Shown here one piece after another: positions 1 through 8,172 of a stretch of DNA of 43,811 nucleotides. The notes under the pieces are model-generated. The model saw only the letters and a list, made by a program, of their open reading frames with translations, searched no databases and was not told where the DNA came from. Source of the DNA: Paracoccaceae bacterium (GTDB taxonomy: Bacteria > Pseudomonadota > Alphaproteobacteria > Rhodobacterales > Rhodobacteraceae); the NCBI GenBank assembly GCA_027000645.1, contig JALTNO010000272.1:1-43811 (forward strand), read 5' to 3'. Each line of letters begins with the position of its first letter. Position 1 is the first letter of the stretch. Made by a program: the position numbers and the translations under genes.

Positions 1-2
1 CA

Positions 3-341
3 CTGGGAAAGGACGTGGAAAACGGTACCGTGTTCGCGCCCCTGACCAGGGCCGCCGATTTCGGGCCGGTGGCGGATCAGCGTATCCACCTCGAAGTCAA
101 CGGCGAAACCCGGCAGGATGCGACGCTCGCCGACATGGTCTGGAAGGTGGACGAGATCGTGAGCCACCTGTCGCGGTATTACCACCTGCGCCCCGGCGAC
201 GTGATCCTGACCGGAACGCCGTCCGGTGTCGGGCCGGTGGTTGCAGGCGACACGATCACCGGCGGGATAGAGGGACTCGACCCGGTCCGCCTGACCCTGA
301 CCGCTCCGGAACATGTCCCGCAGCGTTCACCGGCGGGGTGA
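3..341 (+). CDS. Fumarylacetoacetate (FAA) hydrolase family protein, C-terminal part (5' truncated by window edge); possibly fumarylpyruvate hydrolase
   Basis: Frame is open from base 3 (LGKDVENGTVFAPL...). Has the FAA-hydrolase C-terminal signature 'VNGETRQD...DMVW...LRPGDVILTGTPSGVG'. Confidence 0.85.
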   Translation: MGKDVENGTVFAPLTRAADFGPVADQRIHLEVNGETRQDATLADMVWKVDEIVSHLSRYYHLRPGDVILTGTPSGVGPVVAGDTITGGIEGLDPVRLTLTAPEHVPQRSPAG

Positions 342-427
342 CGTTTCCGGCACGCGAAATGCCGCTGGACTGTTCCGCCAGACCCCATGAAATGTTACCA
401 ATTCGGGACGATCACGCTGAAATCAGT

Positions 428-460
428 TGCATTATGGTGCAGCCGATGCACTATGTTGCC
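428..460. promoter_or_regulatory. Two tandem BoxR/BzdR-type operator boxes upstream of dctP
   Basis: TGCA-TTATGG-TGCA (428-441) and TGCA-CTATGT-TGCC (447-460). The same motif recurs upstream of bclA, boxC and boxR. Confidence 0.7.
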
Positions 461-486
461 AAAAACTGGTCAACGGGAGGATACAC

Positions 487-1533
487 ATGACCACGCGCAG
501 AACGATTCTCGGTCTTGCCGGCGCTGCCGCTTTCGCCGCCCTCGCCACGGGGCTGACGGCCACGAGCGCATTGGCGCAGGAAGTCACGCTCAAGCTGCAT
601 CATTTCCTGCCGCCGCAGGCCAACGTGCCGCGGCTGGTGCTCGACCCCTGGGCGGACAAGATCGAAAAGGACTCCGGCGGCCGGATCAAGATCGAACGCT
701 ACCCGTCCATGCAGCTGGGCGGCAAGCCGCCCGAGCTGATGGACCAGGCCATCGACGGCGTGGCCGATATCGTCTGGACCGTGGTCGGCTATACGCCGGG
801 ACGTTTCCCCAGCACCGAGGTGTTCGAGCTGCCCTTCATGATGACGAACGCCCGCGCCGCCAGCCGCGCCTACTGGGAGATGTTCGAAAAGTACATGAAG
901 GACACCGAGTTCAAGGACGTGAAGATCCTTGCCACCTGGGTGCATGGCCCGGGCCTGATCCACACGCGCGAGCCGGTCGAGAAGCCCTCCGACCTTCAGG
1001 GCATGAAGATCCGCGGCGGCTCGCGCTCGGTCAACTCGCTGCTGACCAAGCTGGGCGCAACCCCGGTGGGCATGCCGGTGCCGGCGGTGCCCGAGGCGCT
1101 CTCCAAGGGTGTGATCGACGGCACCACCATCCCGTGGGAGGTGACCACCGCGCTGAAGGTGCCGGAGCTGGTCACCAACCACACCGAGTTCACCGGCAAG
1201 GCGCTTTACACGCTGACCTTCGTGCTGGCGATGAACAAGGAAAAGTATGAAAGCCTGCCGGATGACCTGAAGAAGGTGATCGACGACAATTCCGGGCTGG
1301 AGTTCTCGATCTTCGCCGGCGGCACGCAGGAAGACGCCGACGGCCCGGCGCGCGAGGTGGCGCTGGACCTGGGCAACAACATCATCACCATCGACGAGGC
1401 GGGCACCGAGGAATGGCGCAAGCTGGCCCAGCCGATCTATGACGAATGGGTGGCCGACATGAAGGCCCGCGGCATCGACGGTCAGGCGCTGATCGACGAG
1501 GCGCGGATGCTGATCGACAAGTACACCCAGTAA
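487..1533 (+). CDS. dctP: TRAP transporter substrate-binding protein (DctP family) with Tat-type signal peptide
   Basis: GGGAGG SD before ATG 487. N-terminus MTTRRTILG...SALA is a twin-arginine signal. DctP motifs 'SGGRIKIERYPSMQLGG', 'DLQGMKIRG', 'LGATPVGMP', 'YESLPDDLKKVID'. Confidence 0.93.
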   Translation: MTTRRTILGLAGAAAFAALATGLTATSALAQEVTLKLHHFLPPQANVPRLVLDPWADKIEKDSGGRIKIERYPSMQLGGKPPELMDQAIDGVADIVWTVVGYTPGRFPSTEVFELPFMMTNARAASRAYWEMFEKYMKDTEFKDVKILATWVHGPGLIHTREPVEKPSDLQGMKIRGGSRSVNSLLTKLGATPVGMPVPAVPEALSKGVIDGTTIPWEVTTALKVPELVTNHTEFTGKALYTLTFVLAMNKEKYESLPDDLKKVIDDNSGLEFSIFAGGTQEDADGPAREVALDLGNNIITIDEAGTEEWRKLAQPIYDEWVADMKARGIDGQALIDEARMLIDKYTQ

Positions 1534-1550
1534 CACCGGCCGACTGCCAC

Positions 1551-1580
1551 GGGCTGCGGCGGGCCGACCCGTCGCAGCCC
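1551..1580 (+). terminator. GC-rich stem-loop after dctP (mRNA stabiliser or partial terminator)
   Basis: GGGCTGCGGCGGG-CCGA-CCCGTCGCAGCCC, 13-bp stem with one G-U pair, followed by a weak CTTCCTT tail. Confidence 0.55.
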
Positions 1581-1608
1581 CTTCCTTGCCGGGGACGGAT
1601 TCAGCGAC

Positions 1609-2193
1609 ATGCACCGATTCATGATGCGCCTGGCGCGGTTGATGGCCACCTTGGGCGGCCTCGTGCTGGTGCTTCTCATCCTGCTGACCGGCGTTTCGAT
1701 CACCGGGCGTCTTCTGAATGGCGCCCTGCACAGCGACCTGGTGCAGGGTCTGGCGCCGGGTTTTGCGCAATGGGCGATCGACATCGGGATCGGCCCGGTC
1801 AATGGCGACTTCGAGCTGGTCGAGGCCGGCGTCGCCTTTGCCATCTTCGCCTTTCTGCCGCTGTGCCAGATCACGGCGGGGCACGCCTCGGTGGACGTGT
1901 TCGTGGCGAAGTTTCCCGAATGGGCGCACCGGCTGTTGCGGATGGTCACCGAGATCGTGTTTGCCGCGGTCCTGATCCTGATCTCGGTGCAGCTGGCCCG
2001 GGGAATGGCGTCCAAGATGGAATATGGCGAAACCTCGTTCCTGCTGCAGTTCCCGGTCTGGTGGGCCTATGCTGCCAGCCTTGCCGCTTCGGTGGTTGCG
2101 GCGGTGGTCGGCATTTACATGGCCGCCGTGCGGGTGGCGGAATTCTTCACCCGGCGGATCATCGTGTCGGATGGTGTGGAGGCTGAACAGTGA
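1609..2193 (+). CDS. dctQ: TRAP transporter small permease
   Basis: About 4 hydrophobic segments, 'GDFELVE' and 'GHASVDVF' DctQ motifs, lies between dctP and dctM. Confidence 0.9.
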   Translation: MHRFMMRLARLMATLGGLVLVLLILLTGVSITGRLLNGALHSDLVQGLAPGFAQWAIDIGIGPVNGDFELVEAGVAFAIFAFLPLCQITAGHASVDVFVAKFPEWAHRLLRMVTEIVFAAVLILISVQLARGMASKMEYGETSFLLQFPVWWAYAASLAASVVAAVVGIYMAAVRVAEFFTRRIIVSDGVEAEQ

Positions 2194-3683
2194 CCGCCCT
2201 TGAAATCGGCATCGCGTCCTTTCCCGCGCTTCTGGTCCTGATCTTCCTGCGGGTGCCCATCGGGCTGGCCATGTTCGTGGTCGGGCTGGTCGGGCTGGTC
2301 CTGGTCACGGGCGGCACGCAGGTGGCTTTGGGGCGGCTGAAATACGAAACCTACACGACCTTTTCCTCCTACTCGCTGTCGATCGTGCCGATGTTCCTGC
2401 TGATGGGGCATTTCGCGACCCTGGGGGGTATGTCGAATGCGCTGTTCAAGGCGGCCGAGGGGTTTCTGGGCCACCGCCGCGGCGGCGTGGCCATGGCCGC
2501 CGTCGGCGCCTGCGCCGGGTTCGGGGCGATCTGCGGCTCGTCCCTGGCCACCGCCGCCACCATGGGCCGGGTGGCGCTGCCCGAACTGAGGGCCTACGGC
2601 TATGCCGGCGGTTTCTCGGCCGCCACGCTGGCCGCCGGCGGCACGCTGGGCATCCTGATCCCGCCCTCGGTGGTGCTGGTGATCTATGCCATCCTGACCG
2701 AACAGAACATTGCCAAGCTGTTCCTCGCCGCCGTCGTTCCCGGCGTTCTGGCGGCGCTGGGCTATGTGGTGGCGATCTCGATCTATGTCCGCCTCTACCC
2801 CGATTCCGCCGGCGTGCGCCCGCCGGTGCCCATGCGCGAACGCTTCCGCGCTCTGGCCGCGGTGTGGCCGGTGCTGCTGGTGTTCGGGCTGGTGGTGGGC
2901 GGCATCTATCTGGGCTGGTTCACCCCCACCGAAGGCGCCGCCGTCGGCGCACTGGGCACCGGGCTCATCGCCTGGCTGAACGGGGGGCTGAACCGCGAAA
3001 CCCTGATCGACAGCTTTCTGGTCACCGGGCGGTCAACCGCGATGATCTTCTTCATCGTCCTGGGGGCGGGGTTCTACAACGGATTTCTCGCGCTCACGCA
3101 GGTGCCGCAGGAGTTGTCGAACTACGTGGTCAGCCAGGGATTCAGCCCCTGGACGGTGCTGATCCTGATCCTTGCCTTCTACCTTGTCTTCGGCTGCCTG
3201 ATGGACAGCCTCAGCATGATCCTGCTGACCATCCCGATCTTCTTCCCGGTCGTCTCGGCGATGGATTTCAACCTGCTCTCGCTGCCGGCCATGCAGGCCG
3301 AGGCCGCGATGGAGGTGCTTTCCCGCGGCATCCCCGACGGGATGGGGCAGGAAATGCTTGTCTCGATCCAGCAGGCCATCGCCAGCGGGGCCGAGCTGAC
3401 CCGGGAACAGATGAAGGAACTGGGCATCCGGGTAACCGCCGGCATGGTCAACCGCATGGAGGCCGAGCAGGTCGCGATCTGGTTCGGCATCCTCGTGCTG
3501 ATCGTGGTCGAGGTCGGCCTGATCACCCCGCCGGTGGGGATGAACCTGTTCATCCTCAACGCCATGGACCGCAGGACGCCGATGGTGGAAACCTACAAGG
3601 CGGTGGTCTTCTTCGTGGCCTCGGACATCGTTCGCGTCGCCCTGCTGGTCGCCTTCCCGGCAATCACGCTGTTCCTGTTATAG
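2190..3683 (+). CDS. dctM: TRAP transporter large permease with an ~60-aa insertion near the C-terminus
   Basis: GTG start overlaps the dctQ stop. Motifs 'GAICGSSLATAATMG', 'GGTLGILIPPS', 'FTPTEGAAVG', 'EVGLITPPVGMNLF'. Confidence 0.93.
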   Translation: MTALEIGIASFPALLVLIFLRVPIGLAMFVVGLVGLVLVTGGTQVALGRLKYETYTTFSSYSLSIVPMFLLMGHFATLGGMSNALFKAAEGFLGHRRGGVAMAAVGACAGFGAICGSSLATAATMGRVALPELRAYGYAGGFSAATLAAGGTLGILIPPSVVLVIYAILTEQNIAKLFLAAVVPGVLAALGYVVAISIYVRLYPDSAGVRPPVPMRERFRALAAVWPVLLVFGLVVGGIYLGWFTPTEGAAVGALGTGLIAWLNGGLNRETLIDSFLVTGRSTAMIFFIVLGAGFYNGFLALTQVPQELSNYVVSQGFSPWTVLILILAFYLVFGCLMDSLSMILLTIPIFFPVVSAMDFNLLSLPAMQAEAAMEVLSRGIPDGMGQEMLVSIQQAIASGAELTREQMKELGIRVTAGMVNRMEAEQVAIWFGILVLIVVEVGLITPPVGMNLFILNAMDRRTPMVETYKAVVFFVASDIVRVALLVAFPAITLFLL

Positions 3684-3757
3684 GCCGCAGCTGGTGTGGA
3701 ATCTGCGCCACCGGACCGGGGAAAATGCCCGGGTCACAGGCGTGTTCATCTGAATTG

Positions 3758-3793
3758 TGCAAAATAATGCCAAAACATTGGCAATATGTTGCA
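3758..3793. promoter_or_regulatory. Inverted pair of BoxR-type operator boxes upstream of benzoate-CoA ligase
   Basis: TGCA-AAATAA-TGCC (3758-3771) and GGCA-ATATGT-TGCA (3780-3793) in an AT-rich intergenic stretch. Extra TGCA at 3796 and 3809. Confidence 0.65.
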
Positions 3794-3893
3794 TATGCAG
3801 GCCTGCGGTGCATTATTGTGTCCAGGCGACTCGCGTTGACCGGCTCCGGGCAGGGACAAGCCGGCGCGTGGCGCTTGTGAGGGAGGAATTCAG

Positions 3894-5438
3894 ATGACGG
3901 AATCGGGGAATGCCGCGCTCCACTTCGTGGACCGGCATGTGACGGAGGGGCGCGCGGACAAGACCGCCTTTCGCGAGGCAGCCGGCGCAAGGCGCAGCAT
4001 GAGTTACGGAGAGCTGGCCGCGGAAACGGGCCGGGTCGCGGCGGCGCTGGCGCAGGCCGGCGTTCCGCGCGAATCGCGGGCGGTGATGCTGGTTCTCGAC
4101 CAGATCGAATTTCCGCAGATCTTCTGGGGCTGCCTCAAGGCCGGGGTGGTGCCGGTGCCGCTGAACACGCTGCTGGCCACCCCGGTCTATGAAACCATCC
4201 TGAACGACAGCCGGGCCGAGACCCTGTTCGTGTCCGAACAGCTGTGGTCCGTGGTCGAACCCGCCGCGCGGGCCTCGGCTCGTCTGTCGCGGATCGTGGT
4301 CATCGGCACCGAGGCGCCCGAGGGAACCACGGCCTTCTCGGATTTCGTCGCCGGATGCGATCCGGCCCCCGCGATCGAGACCTCGCCCGACGACATTGCC
4401 TTCTGGCTCTATTCCTCGGGGTCCACCGGCCAGCCCAAGGGCGTGCGCCATGTCCATGGCGCGCTGCAGGCCACTGCCGACACCTATGGCGCGCAGGTTC
4501 TTCGGATCAGGGAATCGGATACGATCTTTTCCGCCGCCAAGCTGTTCTTCGCCTATGGCCTTGGCAACGGCATGACCTTCCCGATGTCAGTGGGCGCCAC
4601 GACGGTCCTGTTCCATGCGCGCCCCACCCCCGAAGACGTCATCAAGGTGCTGGAGACCGAAAGGCCCACCATCTTCGGCGGCGTGCCGACGCTGTATGCC
4701 GCCATGGTGGCGGCCCTGGAGAAGACAGGGAAACCGGATGCGCCGCTGCGCCGCTGCATCTCGGCCGGCGAGGCCCTGCCCGAAGAGATCGGCCGCAAGT
4801 GGCAGCAGATCTGGGGCGTGGACATCCTTGACGGGGTGGGCTCGACCGAGATGCTGCACATCTTCCTGTCGAACGCGCCCGCTGACGTGGTCTATGGTAC
4901 GTCGGGGCGGGCGGTGCCGGGATATGACCTGCGCCTCGTGGACGAGGAGGGCGCCGAGATCACCGCCCCCGGCAAGGTGGGCGAGCTGCTGGTGCGCGGC
5001 GATTCGGCCGCCGACGGCTACTGGAACCAGCGTGCGAAAAGCCGCGCCACCTTCGAGGGCGAATGGACCCGCACCGGCGACAAGTACGAACTGGGCGAGG
5101 ACGGGCGCTTCATCTATTGCGGGCGCACTGACGACATGTTCAAGGTTTCCGGCATCTGGGTGTCGCCCTTCGAGGTGGAGCAGGCCCTGATCGCGCATCC
5201 GGCGGTGCTGGAGGCGGCGGTGGTCGCCCATCGCGACGCGGCGGGTCTGGACAAGCCCAAGGCCTTCATCGTGCTCAAGGACCGGGCCGACCCGGGCGCC
5301 CTGGAGGATGAACTCAAGGATTTCGTCAAGAAACGCGTGGGCAAGTGGAAATACCCGCGCTGGATCGAATTCGTGGACGATCTGCCCAAGACGGCGACCG
5401 GCAAGATCCAGCGCTTCAAGCTGCGCGAGGGCTGCTGA
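3894..5438 (+). CDS. bclA: Benzoate-CoA ligase
   Basis: GGAGG SD. Adenylation motifs 'FWLYSSGSTGQPKG', 'SAAKLFFAYGLGN', 'DGVGSTEMLHIF', 'LPKTATGKIQRFKLR' typical of benzoate-CoA ligases. Box-cluster context. Confidence 0.93.
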   Translation: MTESGNAALHFVDRHVTEGRADKTAFREAAGARRSMSYGELAAETGRVAAALAQAGVPRESRAVMLVLDQIEFPQIFWGCLKAGVVPVPLNTLLATPVYETILNDSRAETLFVSEQLWSVVEPAARASARLSRIVVIGTEAPEGTTAFSDFVAGCDPAPAIETSPDDIAFWLYSSGSTGQPKGVRHVHGALQATADTYGAQVLRIRESDTIFSAAKLFFAYGLGNGMTFPMSVGATTVLFHARPTPEDVIKVLETERPTIFGGVPTLYAAMVAALEKTGKPDAPLRRCISAGEALPEEIGRKWQQIWGVDILDGVGSTEMLHIFLSNAPADVVYGTSGRAVPGYDLRLVDEEGAEITAPGKVGELLVRGDSAADGYWNQRAKSRATFEGEWTRTGDKYELGEDGRFIYCGRTDDMFKVSGIWVSPFEVEQALIAHPAVLEAAVVAHRDAAGLDKPKAFIVLKDRADPGALEDELKDFVKKRVGKWKYPRWIEFVDDLPKTATGKIQRFKLREGC

Positions 5439-6262
5439 TGGCGGTTGCGTGGACGGCGCAGCCTCCGGCGCCGCTGAGGATCGACGGGGTGGCGCTGGAG
5501 TATTCCTGCCACGGGCCGGCACCCGATGCGGCGCCGACCATTGTCATGCTGCACGAAGGGCTGGGCTGTGTCGCCCTGTGGCGCGACTTTCCCGCCCGGC
5601 TTGCGGCGCGTACGGGCTGGGGCGTCTTCGTCTTTTCGCGGCAGGGATACGGGCAGTCCGACCCGGTGGCATTGCCGCGGCCGCTGGATTTCATGACGCG
5701 CGAGGCCACCTGCGTCCTTCCCGGCCTTCTGGACGCGATCGGGTTGCGGCGCGGGGTTCTGCTGGGTCACAGCGACGGGGCCACCATCGCGGCCATCCAT
5801 GCCGGCAGTGTCTCCGATCACCGGGTGCGCGGGGTGATCCTGATGGCACCGCATTTCTTCACCGAAGAGATGGGCCTGAAGGAAATAGAACGCGCCCGCA
5901 CCGCCTGGCGGTCGGGTGATCTGAAGCAGCGTCTCGCGCGCTATCACCGCGACCCCGAGGGCGCCTTTCGCGGCTGGAACGAGGTCTGGCTGGACCCCGG
6001 GTTTCGTGACTGGGATGTCTCCGACGTGATCGACTACATCCGCGTTCCCGTCCTTGCGATCCAGGGGCGCGAGGATCAGTACGGAACCCTCGCCCAGATC
6101 GAGGTGATCGACGCGCGCGCCACCGCGCCGGTGGAACTGCTCGTCCTTGACGGGTGCCGCCACGCCCCGCATCTGGACCAGCCCGATGCCACGCTGGAGG
6201 CGGTTGCCGATTTCGTCGCCAGGCTGCAGAGGATCGAATCCGCACCCGGCGCCCCGGCGTGA
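5438..6262 (+). CDS. Alpha/beta hydrolase (putative lactonase of the box pathway)
   Basis: ATG overlaps the bclA stop (TGATG). 'MLHEGLG', nucleophile elbow 'GHSDG', 'QGREDQYG', 'CRHAPH'. Confidence 0.85.
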   Translation: MAVAWTAQPPAPLRIDGVALEYSCHGPAPDAAPTIVMLHEGLGCVALWRDFPARLAARTGWGVFVFSRQGYGQSDPVALPRPLDFMTREATCVLPGLLDAIGLRRGVLLGHSDGATIAAIHAGSVSDHRVRGVILMAPHFFTEEMGLKEIERARTAWRSGDLKQRLARYHRDPEGAFRGWNEVWLDPGFRDWDVSDVIDYIRVPVLAIQGREDQYGTLAQIEVIDARATAPVELLVLDGCRHAPHLDQPDATLEAVADFVARLQRIESAPGAPA

Positions 6263-6290
6263 AAGCCCGAATCCGAGGCAGGGCGAGATA

Positions 6291-6304
6291 TGCACTATCA
6301 TGCA
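6291..6304. promoter_or_regulatory. BoxR-type operator box upstream of boxC
   Basis: Perfect TGCA-CTATCA-TGCA, flanked by A and T. Confidence 0.7.
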
Positions 6305-6385
6305 TAAATCTTGCCTGTTTCGGACCGATCAAGCCCGTTACAGCAGATTTTTTCTTAACATGTTGACCCGTTTGGCGGAAAAATA

Positions 6386-6399
6386 GGCAATATCATGCA
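6386..6399. promoter_or_regulatory. Second BoxR-type box upstream of boxC, just downstream of a TTGACC -35-like hexamer (6363-6368)
   Basis: GGCA-ATATCA-TGCA. A weaker CCCA-TTATTG-TGCA lies at 6426-6439. Confidence 0.6.
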
Positions 6400-6471
6400 T
6401 ATTCGGGTTTACCCGACAGCACCAACCCATTATTGTGCATCCGAACGGAACCTTTCGTTGAGGCGCGCGAC

Positions 6472-8133
6472 ATGTCCAAGGTCATAGATTTCCAGACCGA
6501 CCCTTCGAGCTATCGCCACTGGCGGGTGGAGTATGACGGCGAGATCGCCAGTCTCTACATGGACGTGGACGAAAAGGGCGGGCTGTTCGACGGCTATGAG
6601 CTCAAGCTCAACTCCTACGATCTGGGGGTGGACATCGAGCTTGCCGACATCGTCCAGCGGATGCGGTTCGAACACCCCGAGGTCAAGGTGGTGGTTCTGC
6701 GTTCGGGCAAGGACCGGGTGTTCTGCGCCGGCGCCAACATCCGCATGCTGGGCGGCGCCAGCCACGCCCACAAGGTCAATTTCTGCAAGTTCACCAACGA
6801 GACCCGCAACGCCTTCGAGGCGGCCGAGGAGGAATCGGGCCAGAAATACATCGCCGCCGTGCGCGGCGCCTGCGCGGGCGGGGGGTACGAGCTGGCGCTT
6901 GCCTGCAACTGGATCATGCTGACCAACGACAGTTCGTCCTCGGTGGCGCTGCCCGAGGTGCCGCTGCTGGCGGTGCTGCCGGGCACCGGCGGGCTGACCC
7001 GCGTCACCGACAAGCGCAAGGTACGCCGCGATCTGGCCGACGTGTTCTGCACCGTCGAGGAAGGGGTGAAGGGCCAGCGCGCGGTGGACTGGCGGCTGGT
7101 GGACGAGATCGTGCCCAACGCGCGTTTCGACGAGGTGGTGGCCGAACGCGCCCGCGAATTCGCCGCCCGCTCGAAGAAGCCCTCGGGCCTGAAGGGGATT
7201 GCGCTGAAGCCGCTCTCGCGCAGCTTCGGCGAGGATGGCTCGGTCACCTATTCCACTGTCGAGGTGGCCATCGACCGCGATGCCGGACGCGCCACCATTA
7301 CCATCAAGGGCCCCGACGAGGACGCCCCCGCCGACACCGCCGCGCTGCATGCGCAGGGCTCGGACGCCTGGGCGCTGCGCTGTGCGCGGGAACTCGACGA
7401 CGCGATCCTGCACCTGCGGCTCAACGAACGCCGGATCGGGCTGCTGACATTCCACACCCAGGGCGACGGCGCCCGCGTGGCCGCGCACGAAGCCTTCCTG
7501 CTGGACAATCGCAACTTCTGGCTGGCCAACGAGATCCTGCTGCTGTGGAAACGGGTGCTCAAGCGGGTCGATCTGACCTCGCGCTCGATGGTGGCGCTGG
7601 TGGAGCACGGCTCGTGCTTCGCCGGCATGCTGGCCGAGCTGATCTGGGCCGCGGACCGCTCCTACATGATGCTGGACGAGTTCGAGGGCGACAATCGCCC
7701 GCTGGCCGCCATCCGGCTGACGGCGGGCAATTTCGGCGCCTATCCCATGAGCAACGACCTCACCCGCCTGCAGACCCGCTTCCTGGGCGAGCCCGAGGCG
7801 GTAGAGGCGGCGCAGGCGCACATCGGCGAGCCGCTGGAGGCCGAGGAGGCCGAGAAGCTGGGCCTTGTCACCTATGCCTTCGACGACATCGACTGGGAGG
7901 ACGAGGTGCGGATCTTCATGGAAGAGCGCGCCTCCTTCAGTCCCGACGCGCTGACCGGGATGGAGGCGAACCTGCGCTTTGCCGGCCCCGAGACGATGGA
8001 GACGCGGATCTTCGGTCGCCTGACCGCGTGGCAGAACTGGATCTTCCAGCGCCCCAACGCGGTGGGCGAAACGGGTGCGCTGAAGCGCTATGGCAGCGGC
8101 ATCCGCGGCGAATACGACATGGAACGGGTCTGA
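6472..8133 (+). CDS. boxC: 2,3-epoxybenzoyl-CoA dihydrolase (ring cleavage, crotonase superfamily)
   Basis: 'IDFQTDPSSYRHW', 'YELKLNSYDLGVDIEL', 'VFCAGANIRML', 'HKVNFCKFTNETR', 'IFGRLTAWQNWIFQRPNA'. Start placed at ATG 6472. Confidence 0.96.
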   Translation: MSKVIDFQTDPSSYRHWRVEYDGEIASLYMDVDEKGGLFDGYELKLNSYDLGVDIELADIVQRMRFEHPEVKVVVLRSGKDRVFCAGANIRMLGGASHAHKVNFCKFTNETRNAFEAAEEESGQKYIAAVRGACAGGGYELALACNWIMLTNDSSSSVALPEVPLLAVLPGTGGLTRVTDKRKVRRDLADVFCTVEEGVKGQRAVDWRLVDEIVPNARFDEVVAERAREFAARSKKPSGLKGIALKPLSRSFGEDGSVTYSTVEVAIDRDAGRATITIKGPDEDAPADTAALHAQGSDAWALRCARELDDAILHLRLNERRIGLLTFHTQGDGARVAAHEAFLLDNRNFWLANEILLLWKRVLKRVDLTSRSMVALVEHGSCFAGMLAELIWAADRSYMMLDEFEGDNRPLAAIRLTAGNFGAYPMSNDLTRLQTRFLGEPEAVEAAQAHIGEPLEAEEAEKLGLVTYAFDDIDWEDEVRIFMEERASFSPDALTGMEANLRFAGPETMETRIFGRLTAWQNWIFQRPNAVGETGALKRYGSGIRGEYDMERV

Positions 8134-8172
8134 GGACGGCAACGACGCGCCCGGCCCAACTGGAGGAAGAAC

